Origin: Cetorhinus maximus | Taxonomy: Eukaryota | DNA: 64,000 nucleotides | Direction of reading: 5' to 3' | NCBI RefSeq assembly: GCF_964194155.1 | Contig: NC_135901.1 | Coordinates: 31,186,001-31,250,000 of the forward strand | In this document: positions 1-10,380 of the stretch, in pieces | Layout: each line of letters starts with the position of its first letter | Position numbering within the stretch: position 1 is the stretch's first letter | The notes under the pieces: generated by a model | What the model saw: the letters and a program-made list of their open reading frames with translations, nothing else | Told to the model about the DNA's origin: nothing | Databases searched by the model: none | Program-made: the position numbers and the translations under genes

Positions 1-310
1 GGTTTACATCAGCTGGGCAAATAAAACCTGTTCCCGCCAAGGACGAGGGGACACAGGTTGAAGGTTTTAAGTGAGAGATGTAGGGGGGATGTGAGGAAGA
101 AGTTTTTTTACACAGCGAGTGAGAATGACCTGGAATTCGCTGCCTATGAGGTGGTGCAATCAGAGATGATGAACAATTTCAAAAGAAAATTGGATGGGCA
201 CTTGAAGGCAATAAACTTGCAGGGATACGGGGATATAGAGGGGGAATGGGACTGACTGGATCGCTCTACAGAGAGTCAGCATGGACTTGAGGTACCAAAT
301 GGACCTTTTT
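1..310 (+). mobile_element. CR1-type LINE 3' fragment (degraded)
   Basis: Translates to CR1 ORF2 C-terminal-like text (DVRKKFF...NNFKRKLDGHLK...LQGYG). The same fragment recurs in the introns of most ZNF units (~4420-4610, 16430-16670, 36020-36250, 43380-43620). Confidence 0.7.
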
Positions 311-664
311 GAAGGTAACTTTGTAACATTTAACCCATGTTGGTGCAGCTGTTCAACAAAACTAACAACTTCTTAAACAAATATTTGTGATCCTTGACCA
401 ATGGGAAAAGTGTTCCTCATTTCCCCACAACAAATTGAGCCAATCAGCTTGGAGTCCCTTCTAACTGTGAACTATAACTTGTATCTAAACAGGGTGTCCT
501 GGAACACCTGGTGCTCTGACCCCTTCCTGACTTTAACACCAGTTTTATTTTCCTTAAAGCTACATTACAGTATCTGGAACTTAAAGAGACAGGCAATTGA
601 AGACTGTTCATCGTTAAGCTTACATACAGTACAATTTGGTAATGTAAGCCTTATTAATTACAAT

Positions 665-1830
665 GTTATCGAGGTGAAGTCTAACAGTTAACACTGATAA
701 AGAGGCTGACTCCAGTTATTTTGCAGGGAATCCCCACTCTTTATAGTGACTTCAATGTGTTGACATCACCAAACCAGAACTTTCATACTCCTTAACCTTG
801 TGTCGATCCTCACTATGAGGTGAATCAGGGTAACATATTCACCAATCTGATCCACATACTGTCGAGATGCAGCCACTATCTAACACAGCACAGTTGAATG
901 AGTCTGTGACTAACACACTCATCACTGGACCAAAGCTCCTTGTGACTAGTACAATTCCTTCAGAGTGATCATCATCATCACCTTCAGCCTCAGAATTCTC
1001 TGTATCATGTGTCACTTCGAAGACCCTGATTTTCCACTTTGGGCAGCTCATTACATAATGATATTTTGAGATAGACCTGAAACACCTGTTGACTGTTTCC
1101 TGGTCATCCCTGGGGTTCATTCACCTATTAGTGCTGTTCCAATCCTGTCTCTTGTTGTGATATCCAGATCTGCTAAAGATGCTTTCACCCTCATTCGAAA
1201 CCTGTCAAAGTCCATCTATGCTTCATAGGCATCCAGTAGATCATCTTTCTTGTAAATCTCATCAATGAACCCGAATAGAAGATCCAAACCTTCATCAGTA
1301 TCCAACTGACAGGCATCCAGCTCACTAAATACTTTGCTTCTGATTTTACTTTTGTTGGGAGGTGACGATGCCAAGACCAGACTTTGTTTCCTCCTTGGTA
1401 GGGACGTAACCCGTGTCCACATCTCCACTTCATTCTTCCACTGGTCGTGTGGCTCAGACTCCGAGAACATCGGCGGGAAATCAGACCCTGACAATTTCCA
1501 CTTGCTTTCAACCATTTTTCACAAAAGCTACTCAAGTTGTAACTGTCTGTCTGAAATTTTATTTCCCTTTAGTTTCCAACCTTCACCATTAGACAAGCAT
1601 TCTCTGTTACCCTGTTATAATCCTGACAGCCTAATGGTGAAGGAAGAAACCGGAGTCAGTCTTTACTTAGTATAGATTTATTCATTGAGTGAAACATTAC
1701 AGGTATACACCTCCTGACTTGACTCCACTCTCTGTCAGTAAGGGTCTCTTTATATGTGCTCAAGTAATTATCCAATCCATGATGTCCATCTGTATATACT
1801 TAACCTCAATTGACATAATCGACAATCACA
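665..1830 (-). mobile_element. Ty1/copia (GalEa-like) LTR retrotransposon remnant: 5' LTR (~1613-1830), PBS, deleted gag, protease
   Basis: Minus-strand ORF pieces: PPMFSESEPHDQWKNEVEMWTRVTSLP (gag), CFRSISKYHYVMSCP (degenerate zinc knuckle), AVLDSGCISTVCG (aspartic protease). The LTR ends ...TATAACA and is followed by GGGTAACAGAGAAT (tRNA-iMet-like PBS). Confidence 0.8.
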
Positions 1831-1851
1831 GTCAGAGCATCTAAAAGGTCT

Positions 1852-2697
1852 CTAATCAGTGTGACTGTCATGGTGTGTCAGTGGCTTGGATGAACAAGTG
1901 AATCTCTTCCCCCACTTCGAGCCTGTGAACGGCCTCTCCCCAGTGTGAACTCGCTGGTGTCTCCGCAGGCGGGATGAATTACTGAATCTTTTCCCACATT
2001 CAGGGCACATGAACGGTCTCTCCCCACTGTGAACTCGCTGGTATGATTGCAGGCTGGATAACTTACTAAATCCCTTCCCACACTCAGGGCACGTGAACGG
2101 TGTCTCCCCGGTGTGAACTCGCTGGTGTAATTGCAGGCTGGATAACTGACTAAATCCTTTCCCACACTCAGAGCAGGTGAATGGCCTCTCCCCAGTGTGA
2201 ACTCGCTGGTTTTCCTGCAGGTTGGATGAACTTCGAAACCTCTTTGTGCAGTGAGAGCAGCTGAACGGTCTCTCCTCAGTGTGAAAACGCTGGTGGAACA
2301 TCAGTTCCCGAGAGCTTTTGAAGCTACTCCCACAGTCAGAACATTTAAAGGGTCTCTCATCAGTGTGAGTGACATGGTGTCTCAGCAGGCTCGATGACTG
2401 AGTGAATCGTTTCCCACACATGGCGCAGATGAACAGACTCTCCCTGGTGTGAACTCGCTGGTGTATCCGCAAGTGGGACGACTGAGTGAATCCCTTCCCA
2501 CAGTCAGAGCAGGTGAATGGTCTCTCCCCGGTGTGAACTCGCTGGTGTCTCATCAAGTGGGATGAATGAGTGAATCCCTTCCCACACACAGAGCAGGTGA
2601 ACGACCTCTCTCCAGTGTGGCTGCGTCGATGAATTTCCAGCTTTGATGGGGTTATGAATCCCTTCCCACAGTCCCCACATTTTCACAGTTTCTCCAT
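1852..2697 (-). pseudogene. C2H2 zinc-finger gene A (~10 fingers), nonsense codon at codon 5
   Basis: ATG GAG AAA CTG TGA (stop at 2685-2683), where paralog C has TGG. The downstream frame 1852-2589 encodes tandem CxxC-x12-HxxxH fingers with TGERP linkers. The last finger is degenerate. Confidence 0.8.
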
Positions 2698-3099
2698 GGT
2701 GCGGGTGTCCTTTGGTCGCCTCAGATTCAATGATCAACTGAGCAGTCCACACACAGAACATGTGTACAGTCCCTCCCGTGATGTTTTATCAGGCTGCGTA
2801 ACTGGTCAAAGCTCTTTCCACAGTCAGTGCACTGGAACACTCTCACTCGGATGTGTCTGTCTCAGGGCATTTCCAATAACACTGATTTTAAAACCTGAAG
2901 CAGAATGAACAGTCAAACATTTCTCCTTCTAGATTCAAAGGCCATTGACATTCAGCTCCCGCTGAATTGAGTGACTCTGTCAGATCTTGCTGTAACATGT
3001 GGTTTGAGATCTGTCTGCAAAATCTCCCCCTCTAATATTCTGTAAAAGGTGTTTACAAAAGTCATCACTGTCAGTCGATGATAGCAAATCAGAACAGCT

Positions 3100-4050
3100 G
3101 AATTCAGCTCCTGTAAGTCAACAATTTGCCCCCAGAATGAGAAAAGAAATGGAAAGGGGGAAACATTGATTTCCTCCCAGATGTTGCCCAGAGGAGGAAG
3201 TTTTAGTCTGAAGCTCATTGTCCAACTTCCGCATTGTGACGTCCACAACGGAACCCTGCCTGAATCAGCCAATAGGAATCACTCTGCTCCGCGGTGACGT
3301 TCTCGGGTTCCAATCTGCAGGCCAGGCGCTCGGACACGGGAACCCCGCCCCCACCCGTTGTTCCGCCTCCGCCTCCTCGAGTCAAGGTTTCCTGGCAACC
3401 GGCTGACTTATATTTCACCCCTCTCCTAATATTACTTAGTTCTGCTGAAGGGTCATGAGGACTCGAAATGTCAACTCTTTTCTTCTCCGCCGATGCTGCC
3501 AGACCTGCTGAGTTTTTCCAGGTAATTCTGTTTTTGTTTTAACCGGCTGACGGCTCCGGCCAGAGCGAGAAGCCGCTCGGAGAACTCGGGAGAGGGGAAG
3601 CTGCGCATGTGCGGGGGAGAGCCCGCCCCTTCCCTTCATGCTGAGGGGCTGACCAATAGGAAGAGTTGGAGGACCGCAAGGACCCTGGTCCTCCAGCCAA
3701 TCAGAGCATGGGCTTTGTGTGAATCAAGATTGAGCTTCACACAGACTAAAACTTCCTCCTGTGTCCAACATCTGTGAGTAAAACACTTTCTTTTCTCCCC
3801 CTTTCCATTTCTTTTCTCATTCTGGGGGCAAATTGTTGACTTGCAGGAACTGAAGGGAAAGGAAGTGAATCCAGGGAGGGTGCAGACTCTGGAAAGGTTG
3901 GCCCAGGTCTCTCTCTCTCTCTCTCTTAAAGACATTGACATCCTTTGCTCCCTCAGCTTGACACATTTATTTGTCTGGCTAAAAGGATGGTCTCTTTCCT
4001 AATGTTCACAATTAAAGGGATGGTTTCCCCAGGAGATGGCTGACATTAAG
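3100..4050. promoter_or_regulatory. Bidirectional CpG-rich promoter/5'-exon module P1 (type alpha) between divergent ZNF A and B
   Basis: CpG-rich. Contains TGACGT (CRE-like), CCAAT x3, a GC box, GTTTCCTGGCAAC (X-box-like) and TGCGCATGTGC (NRF1-like). Putative donor ct|GTGAGT at 3774, putative 50-nt exon 3847-3896 and a (CT)n tract. Near-identical to 10790-11600, 20500-21240 and 61258-62040. Confidence 0.7.
3408..3540 (+). mobile_element. Short Penelope-derived insertion with minimal hammerhead motif
   Basis: 11-bp TSD AACCGGCTGAC at 3397-3407 and 3541-3551. Absent at the equivalent site in P2, P3 and P7. Core AGTT CTGCTGA AGGGTC ATGAG GACTC GAAA TGTC AACT. Confidence 0.8.
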
Positions 4051-4134
4051 CGGAGAGTAAATTAATATAGGACAGAGATATGTCCAGTGTTGTTATATGG
4101 TACATATTAGATAGATGATTAGAGATATGTCCTC

Positions 4135-4275
4135 TTTAGCTCTGAAGAAGAGTCATACATACTCAAAACGTTAACTCTGTTTGTCCCCCCACAGGTGCTG
4201 TCAGATTTGAGTTGTTCCAGCATATTCTGTTTTTATTTCAGACTTCCAGTATCTGCCGTATTTAGCTTTTATCAT
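4135..4275 (+). mobile_element. Short Penelope-derived element (degenerate hammerhead motif)
   Basis: CTGAAGA AGAGTC...ACTC AAAACGTTAAC followed by the family tail (...ccagcatattctgtttttatttcag...). The flanking AGAGATRTGTCYAGTGT sequence is duplicated. Confidence 0.65.
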
Positions 4276-5218
4276 AGCAACAGAGATGTGTCTAGTGTAG
4301 TTATATGGTACGTATTAGATACATTATTGATGGATCTGTAATACAGTACATTTATTATTATTTCATGATTTTTTGTATTGTGCAGTAAATATTTAGTTAT
4401 AAAATCATTAGGGCACAGAAGGAGTCCATTTGGCAACTTGAGCCCATTCCAACTCTCTGTAGAATAATCCAGTCTGTCCCATTCTCCCTCTATATACCCG
4501 TTCATCTGCAGCTTTATTTCCTTCAAGAGCCCATCTAATTTCATTTTGAAATTATTGGTCGTCTCCGCTTCCACCACTCTCATGGACAGCGAGTTCGAGC
4601 TCATCGCCACATGAAGTTCTACCTCACAGCCCCATGTATCTGTAATCATGTAACAGAGTACTGTGTATTACACACATTTTGAGTGCAGTAATGTTGGGTG
4701 TTTATTAGGTACAGCAGAGTGAGAATAGAGGGAGAATGGGTGGGATGGAGATTTACAGCTATTGGGGAACAACAGAGGGAAGAATGTTCCATAGAAACTA
4801 GAATTGTCTGTTCTGAATTTCTATCCTGTACTGACAGTGATAACTTGTATAAATTCCTTTTACAGGATATTAGAAGAGGATTTGCAGACAGAAATCTCAA
4901 ACCAACATCACATCGAGATCTGACAGAGTCATTTGATTCATGGGACCAGACTATCATGAGCATTTGAATCTAGAAGGAATAATGTTTCTCTGTTTTTTTC
5001 TGCTTCTAAAGATTTTAAACATCCGTGTGATCAGGAAAGTACCGAGACACCCGCACCCATGTTCCAGTGCACTAACTGTGGAAAGCACTTCAACCAGTTA
5101 CATTGTCTGAAAAAATCATCGAACCTTTCACAGCAGAGAGAGACCATACCTCTGTACTGTGTGAGGAAGAAGCTACAAATGATCGTCAGACCTGAAGAGT
5201 CACAAGGAGACCCTCACC

Positions 5219-5728
5219 ATGGAGAAACCTTGGAAATGTGGGGACTGTGGGAAGGGATTCAAATCCCCATCTGAGCTGGAAGCTCATCGACGCAGTCACA
5301 CTGGGGAGAGGCCGTTCACATGTTCTGAATGTGGGAAGGGATTCACTCATTCATCCAACCTGCGGACACACCAGCAAGTTCATACTGGGAAGAGGCCATT
5401 CACCTGCTCCGAATGTGGGAAGGGATTTAGTAATTCATCCCATCTGCTAACACACCAGCGAGTTCACACAAGGGAGAGGCCATTCACCTGCTCTCAGTGT
5501 GGGAAGGGATTCAGTGATTCGTCCAACTTGCGGACACACCAGCGAGTTCACACTGGGGAGAGGCCGTTCATCTGCTCTGAGTGTGGAAAGGGATTCACTC
5601 ATCTATCCACCCGGATGACTCACCAGCGAGTTCACACCAGGGAGAAGCCATTCAACTGCTCTGAATGTGGGAAGGGATTCAGTCAGTTGTCCAATCTGCG
5701 GACACACCAGCGATTTCACACTGGGTAG
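5219..5728 (+). CDS. C2H2 zinc-finger protein B (6 fingers; premature TAG, degenerate fingers continue to ~6059)
   Basis: Starts [14 protein letters not shown] in a caccATGG context. TAG replaces the GAG of a TGERP linker. Frameshifted fingers follow up to the family-typical ...AAGTGA end and shared 3' UTR. Putative acceptor ttttacag|GATATTAG at 4865/4866. Confidence 0.7.
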   Translation: MEKPWKCGDCGKGFKSPSELEAHRRSHTGERPFTCSECGKGFTHSSNLRTHQQVHTGKRPFTCSECGKGFSNSSHLLTHQRVHTRERPFTCSQCGKGFSDSSNLRTHQRVHTGERPFICSECGKGFTHLSTRMTHQRVHTREKPFNCSECGKGFSQLSNLRTHQRFHTG

Positions 5729-6322
5729 AGAGTGTTCACCTGCTCCGTGTGTGGGAAGAGATTGAGTAATTTGTCCAACCAGCAGACACACAGCGAGTTG
5801 ACACTGAGGAGAGACGGTTCAGCTGTTCTCACTGTGCAATGAAGTTTAGATGGCCTTCCAACCTGTGGGAACATCAACGAGTTCACGCCAGGGAAAAGCC
5901 ATCCACCTGCTCTGAGTGCGGGAGGGATTCACTCATTTATCCAGCCAGCTGAGACACCAGCGAGTTCATAATGAAGAGAGACCATTCACCTGCACCGAGT
6001 GTTGAAAGGGATTCAGTCAGTTATGCAACCTGCTGAGACACCAGCGAGTTCAGAAGTGATTCCAAGGGTTGGATTCTGCTGTTATTGCTGCTGTTAATCA
6101 CATCCAGGACTGAACCATGTTCATTCTGACACTTGGTGAAGTGGGAGGGTTGGAGGGTTTCTTTCTGCTGGACTGGCCGGTCTCACGACTTTGCTTCCAG
6201 GGGGCTGATGCTGTTTGAGCCTGGGAGTGCACATTTCCACTGAAATGATCCACAAAAGCTGATGAAGTCCACTTATTTTATCCTGGATAGTAAATCTTTG
6301 TTTGGTCGTACAGAACTTGAGT

Positions 6323-6600
6323 ATTGCTGAGAAAAGAGACATGTTGAAGCTTTTCACCTTGCACTCATCATACTTCGCAAGAATACCAATATAAGCAGAA
6401 AACAACAATTTATACTGCATGAGAAGAGAGTGCTAATTGGTTGGCAAGTGGACTCTGATTGGTTGTGACGTTGCCATGGAGAATGCACCAATTGAAGGTG
6501 ACTGGCTGTTGTTGTTTTCCCCTCACATTGGTTTTCTTGTGAAGTGTCCTGATGATGCCAGATTAAAAGCTTGGACAGTAAATTATGTTTTTCCCACCGC
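6323..6600. mobile_element. ~280-bp non-autonomous element with inverted, hammerhead-like termini (Penelope pLTR-derived)
   Basis: The reverse complement of the left end (TGGTATTCTTGCGAAGTATGATGAGTGCAAGGTGAAAAGCTTC) matches the right end (TGGTTTTCTTGTGAAGTGTCCTGATGATGCCAGATTAAAAGCTT). Inserted in the 3' UTR of B. Related copy at 56233-56500. Confidence 0.6.
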
Positions 6601-6614
6601 AACAGGCAGATCTA

Positions 6615-7850
6615 AAATTCATACAGACAGTACTGGAAAAACCCAGCTGCTCTGGAAGTATCTGTGAAGAGAAAGAAACAGAGTTAATGTTTCGACTCCA
6701 ACATGACTCTTCCTCAGAACTTCAGAGAGGGAGAAATGTGATGGTTTTGATGCTGTTGAGAAAGGGGGGAGGGTCCGGTAGAACAAAAGGGAAAGTCAGG
6801 GATTGGTTAGATGGCGAGTGAGATTAAATAACAAAAATATCATGGAACAAAAGACAAAGGGAGGTAATGGTTGTAGTAAAGAAACAAAGCATTGGTCCAG
6901 AGTAAGTGTTAATGGCAGAATAAAGGACAGCTCTATCTGAAAGCAAAAATCATGAAAACAAGGTACAGACTGGCACTTGGTAAAAAAAACTGCGTCTCAT
7001 GTCAACGCGAGATGGCCGCACAAGATGCCCACTGATGGCCGGATGCATCTGCGGTAAACGCAGTCCAGTTAAAAACTTTGGAAAGTAAAACCACACATTT
7101 CCATGGTTATTGTTCACAAAACCACGTAGCTTACAGATAGTGGAAGAGAAACAGTGGATTGTATCTGACTTTACATTCAAAAGATAAACAGAGACAATGC
7201 AGAGAACAGTAAAATGTTTCAGCTATTGATGAGTGAGCTGCCAGGGTTTGTATATAATAGAACTGAAAATACACCATGGAAACAGATAAAGCTAAAGGAA
7301 ATGACCGAGGGGAAAATGGGTATTGGATTTTGTTCTGAATGAAATAGCCCCTTCTGGGTCCAAAATCCAATCTCTAGGATTGTTCATTGAATTTTGTTAT
7401 TCAGTTTCAGTTCTCATTAGGATTGCTGCAAGTTTGAAATTGGTTTAAAAACAGGGAGAAACTAACTGGAGAGGATGAGTATCACACTGAGTTTGGGGGA
7501 ATGAGTAGAGTTCTGATCTTCGTCATTCACAATGACATCACTGCGTGAAGCGGTACAACTGAGCACGCCCCGCGTTGGCAGCAAACGCAGCCACAGAGAT
7601 TAGTTCCAAACGGAGGACAGAGTTGCTGGTCTGAAGTCGTTGAACTCAATGTTGAGTCCAGGAGGCTGTAAAGTGCCTCATCGGAGGATGAGGTGCTGTT
7701 CGTCCAGCTTGTGTTGGGCTTCTCGGGAACATTGCAGCAGGCCGAGGACAGAAATGTGAGCATGAGAGCAAGGTGGTGAATTATAGTGGCAGCAACTGGA
7801 AGGTCAGGGTCATGCTTGTGGACTGAGCGGAGGTGTTCCACAAAGAGGGC
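6615..7850 (-). mobile_element. Penelope-like element 3' remnant (GIY-YIG endonuclease C-terminus plus hammerhead-bearing tail), split by ~630 bp of extra sequence
   Basis: 7620-7845 reads EHLRSVHKHDPDLPVA/YNSPPCSHAHISVLGLLQCSREAQHKLDEQHLILR*GTLQPPGLNIEFNDF across a frameshift. CTGAGGA...GAAACATT motif at ~6685-6718. Paralogs at 40462-41745 and 53785-54395. Confidence 0.75.
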
Positions 7851-9114
7851 AGTGAACAGGGGACAGATGAATTAAAGAGAAACCATTTGGGTCCAGAACA
7901 TTGTGCAGATCCTTTTACTCTGGTTGTCTTTGATCCTCAAGTAATTTTCTGTTTTCTTTTAACCATGTTCTGTTTCATTAATAAACTTTAATCAGTAAAA
8001 ATATTTGATTTTTCTGGGCTTTTCATGATTAGATTTCTGCACTTTAGGGAAAATGGGTGAGAGGGGTTGGCAGGCTCTTTAACAGAAAGTGAGTCCCTCT
8101 AAGGTAATTGACAAAGGAGCCAGAGGGGGAGATGAGATTTTATTTTGGACACAGCGATGTTAGAAAATGGGGTTCAGGGAGTCAATTAACCCGTTATCCC
8201 CTTTTCCCAAACTCTGAAATGATTCACAGTGATAACCCTTATTGGTGACAGTGGTTAGATTTTATTCAGTATAAATAAGACCTGACACATGCTCATGTCT
8301 GAGCAGTAGTATCAAAGTGCAGCAGCATTACCATTACACTCTGGGTAGAAGCACCATCTCCACGTAAATGCTCCCTGGTCTGCCCCAGATGCCATGGCAC
8401 CAGTGAATGCAATATGTAAAACCTCTACAAATCTCTGTGCTCGGGGAATCCCTTCTGATACTTTTTTACATCACAAAGTCTATGGAGACTGATTTAGCCC
8501 AATCATTGCTGAGCTAACATTTGAACGGACCAATTACAAAACCTGTCATTGAACCATCTTTACCCGCCCAAGCCACGTCAAACTCTCAAACAATTGGCTT
8601 CCCACGCTCCGTCCCCGGTACAGGGAGTCAGCATTCCAAACCACAATTTCCCTTCCTGTCACCTGTCAACTATCCTCACCCAGAGAGTAATCACAACAGG
8701 AATAAAAACAGGAGAAGTGTAACAATCAAATTAAAAATAAATGCACAGCCAGTCATAGTTTTTAATTAAATGTTCACTAATTAGCAAGAAAACCTGAAGT
8801 AACCCCTGTTCTGGTCCTGATATTTCAGGTGGTGGCCAGGCTGTCAAATGTGGTTTTCTTGAAAACAAAATTCATAGGTAAGGATGTAAATATCTCCCAG
8901 TGAAATCTATCAACTTATTCATCTCATCTACACCTCCCTGGCTTTCACTAGAATGTAGGTGGATACCAGATTGATACATTCCACTGATCACCCGGGTGAG
9001 TTACTCTAATTCCTTTACTGTCCAATACAATATATTCATCATATCTTTAAAACAGAAATCAAACATTCCCAATTGATTTCAGGCATTAACATATTGTTTG
9101 TTTTTTACTTTAGA

Positions 9115-9670
9115 CGTCAGGCTGGGGTTGTATTCCTTGAATCCTGGAGGTTGAGGGGAGATTTGATGGAGGTGTACAACATTATGACAGGTTTAGATAA
9201 GGTGGACAAAGAAAAGCTGTTCTCATTCGCTGATGGTACAAGGAGGACAGGAACACAGATTTAAGGTTTTGGGCAGGAGATGCGGGGAGGGTGTGAGGAG
9301 GAATATTTTTACACAGTGAGCGGTAATGACCTGGAACTCACTGTCTATGAGGGGCGGGGTGGAAAGCAGAGAGGATGAACAATTTCAAAAGGCAATTGGA
9401 TGGGCACTTGAGGGAAATAAACTCTCAGAGATTCAGTGATAGAATGGGGGAATGGGACTGACTGGATTGCTCTACAAAGAACTAGCATGGACTTGATGGG
9501 CTGAATAGTCTCCTTGTATATCTTAATGACTCCATGATTCAAAGACAGAAAATTCAGCTGCTCCAATCTCTCCAACTAACTGAAGTCACTCATTCCTGGT
9601 GCCATTGTCGTAAATCTCCTCTGCACCCTCTGTAAGAACTTCAAATCTTTCCTAAAATGTGGGGCACAGA
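9115..9670. mobile_element. CR1 LINE 3' fragments (both orientations)
   Basis: RLRGDLMEVYNIMTGLDKVDKEKLF on +, and an RRFT..APGM-like fragment on -. Inverted paralog at ~26950-27430. Confidence 0.7.
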
Positions 9671-9825
9671 TACAGTCAGCACATTTAAAGGGTCTCTCAT
9701 TGGTGTGAGTGACATAGTGTGTCAGCAGGCTGATGTGTCAACAGATTGTGTGAATACCTGCCCATGCTCCGAGCAGGCGAATGGCCTCTTCCCACTGTGA
9801 GCTCGCTGGTATCTCAGCAGGCTGA

Positions 9826-10380
9826 TTAAATAAGCAAATGTCTTCCCACACTGGAGCAGGTGAATGGCCTCTCCCCAGTGTGAACTCGCTGGTTTTCCTG
9901 CAGGTTGGATGAACTTCGAAACCTCTTTGTGCAGTGAGAGCAGCTGACCAGTCTCTCCTCAGTGTGAAAACGCTGGTGGAACATCAGTTCCCAAGAGCTT
10001 TTGAACCTACTCAAACAGTCAGAGCATTTAAAGGGTCTCTCATTGGTGTGAGTGACATGGTGTCTCAGCAGGCTGGATGACTGAGTGAATCGTTTCCCAC
10101 ACATGGTGCAGATGAACAGACTCTCCCTGGTGTGAACTCGCTGGTGTATCCACAAGTGGGACGACTGAGTGAATCCCTTCCCATAGTCAGAGCAGGTGAA
10201 TGGTCTCTCCCTGGTGTGAACTCGCTGGTGTCTCATCAGGTGGGATGAATGAGTGAATCCCTTCCCACACATGGAGCAGGTGAACGGCCTCTCTCCAGTG
10301 TGGCTGCGTCGATGAATTTCCAGCTTTGATGGGGTTATGAATTCCTTCCCACAGTCCCCACATTTCCACAGTTTCTCCAT
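9826..10380 (-). pseudogene. C2H2 zinc-finger gene C (6 fingers then frameshift; 3'-truncated); recent duplicate of A
   Basis: [27 protein letters not shown]... is nearly identical to A. Degenerate fingers continue to ~9675, then CR1 sequence. No family 3' UTR. Confidence 0.7.

Noticed and set aside
3636-3941. Recurrent 'MSMSLRERERETWANLSRV...' ORF in every promoter arm
   Set aside because: It is antisense to the inferred transcript, its frame changes with GA-tract length between copies, and it has no domain; conservation is at the DNA level.
3100-6300. ZNF cassette as a self-mobile transposon
   Set aside because: No transposase, consistent termini or TSDs around the units; breakpoints differ between copies, which fits segmental duplication.
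7527-7841. Conserved 'MEHLRSVHKHDPDLPV' ORF in three copies as a novel gene
   Set aside because: It is a frameshifted Penelope GIY-YIG remnant copied by segmental duplication.
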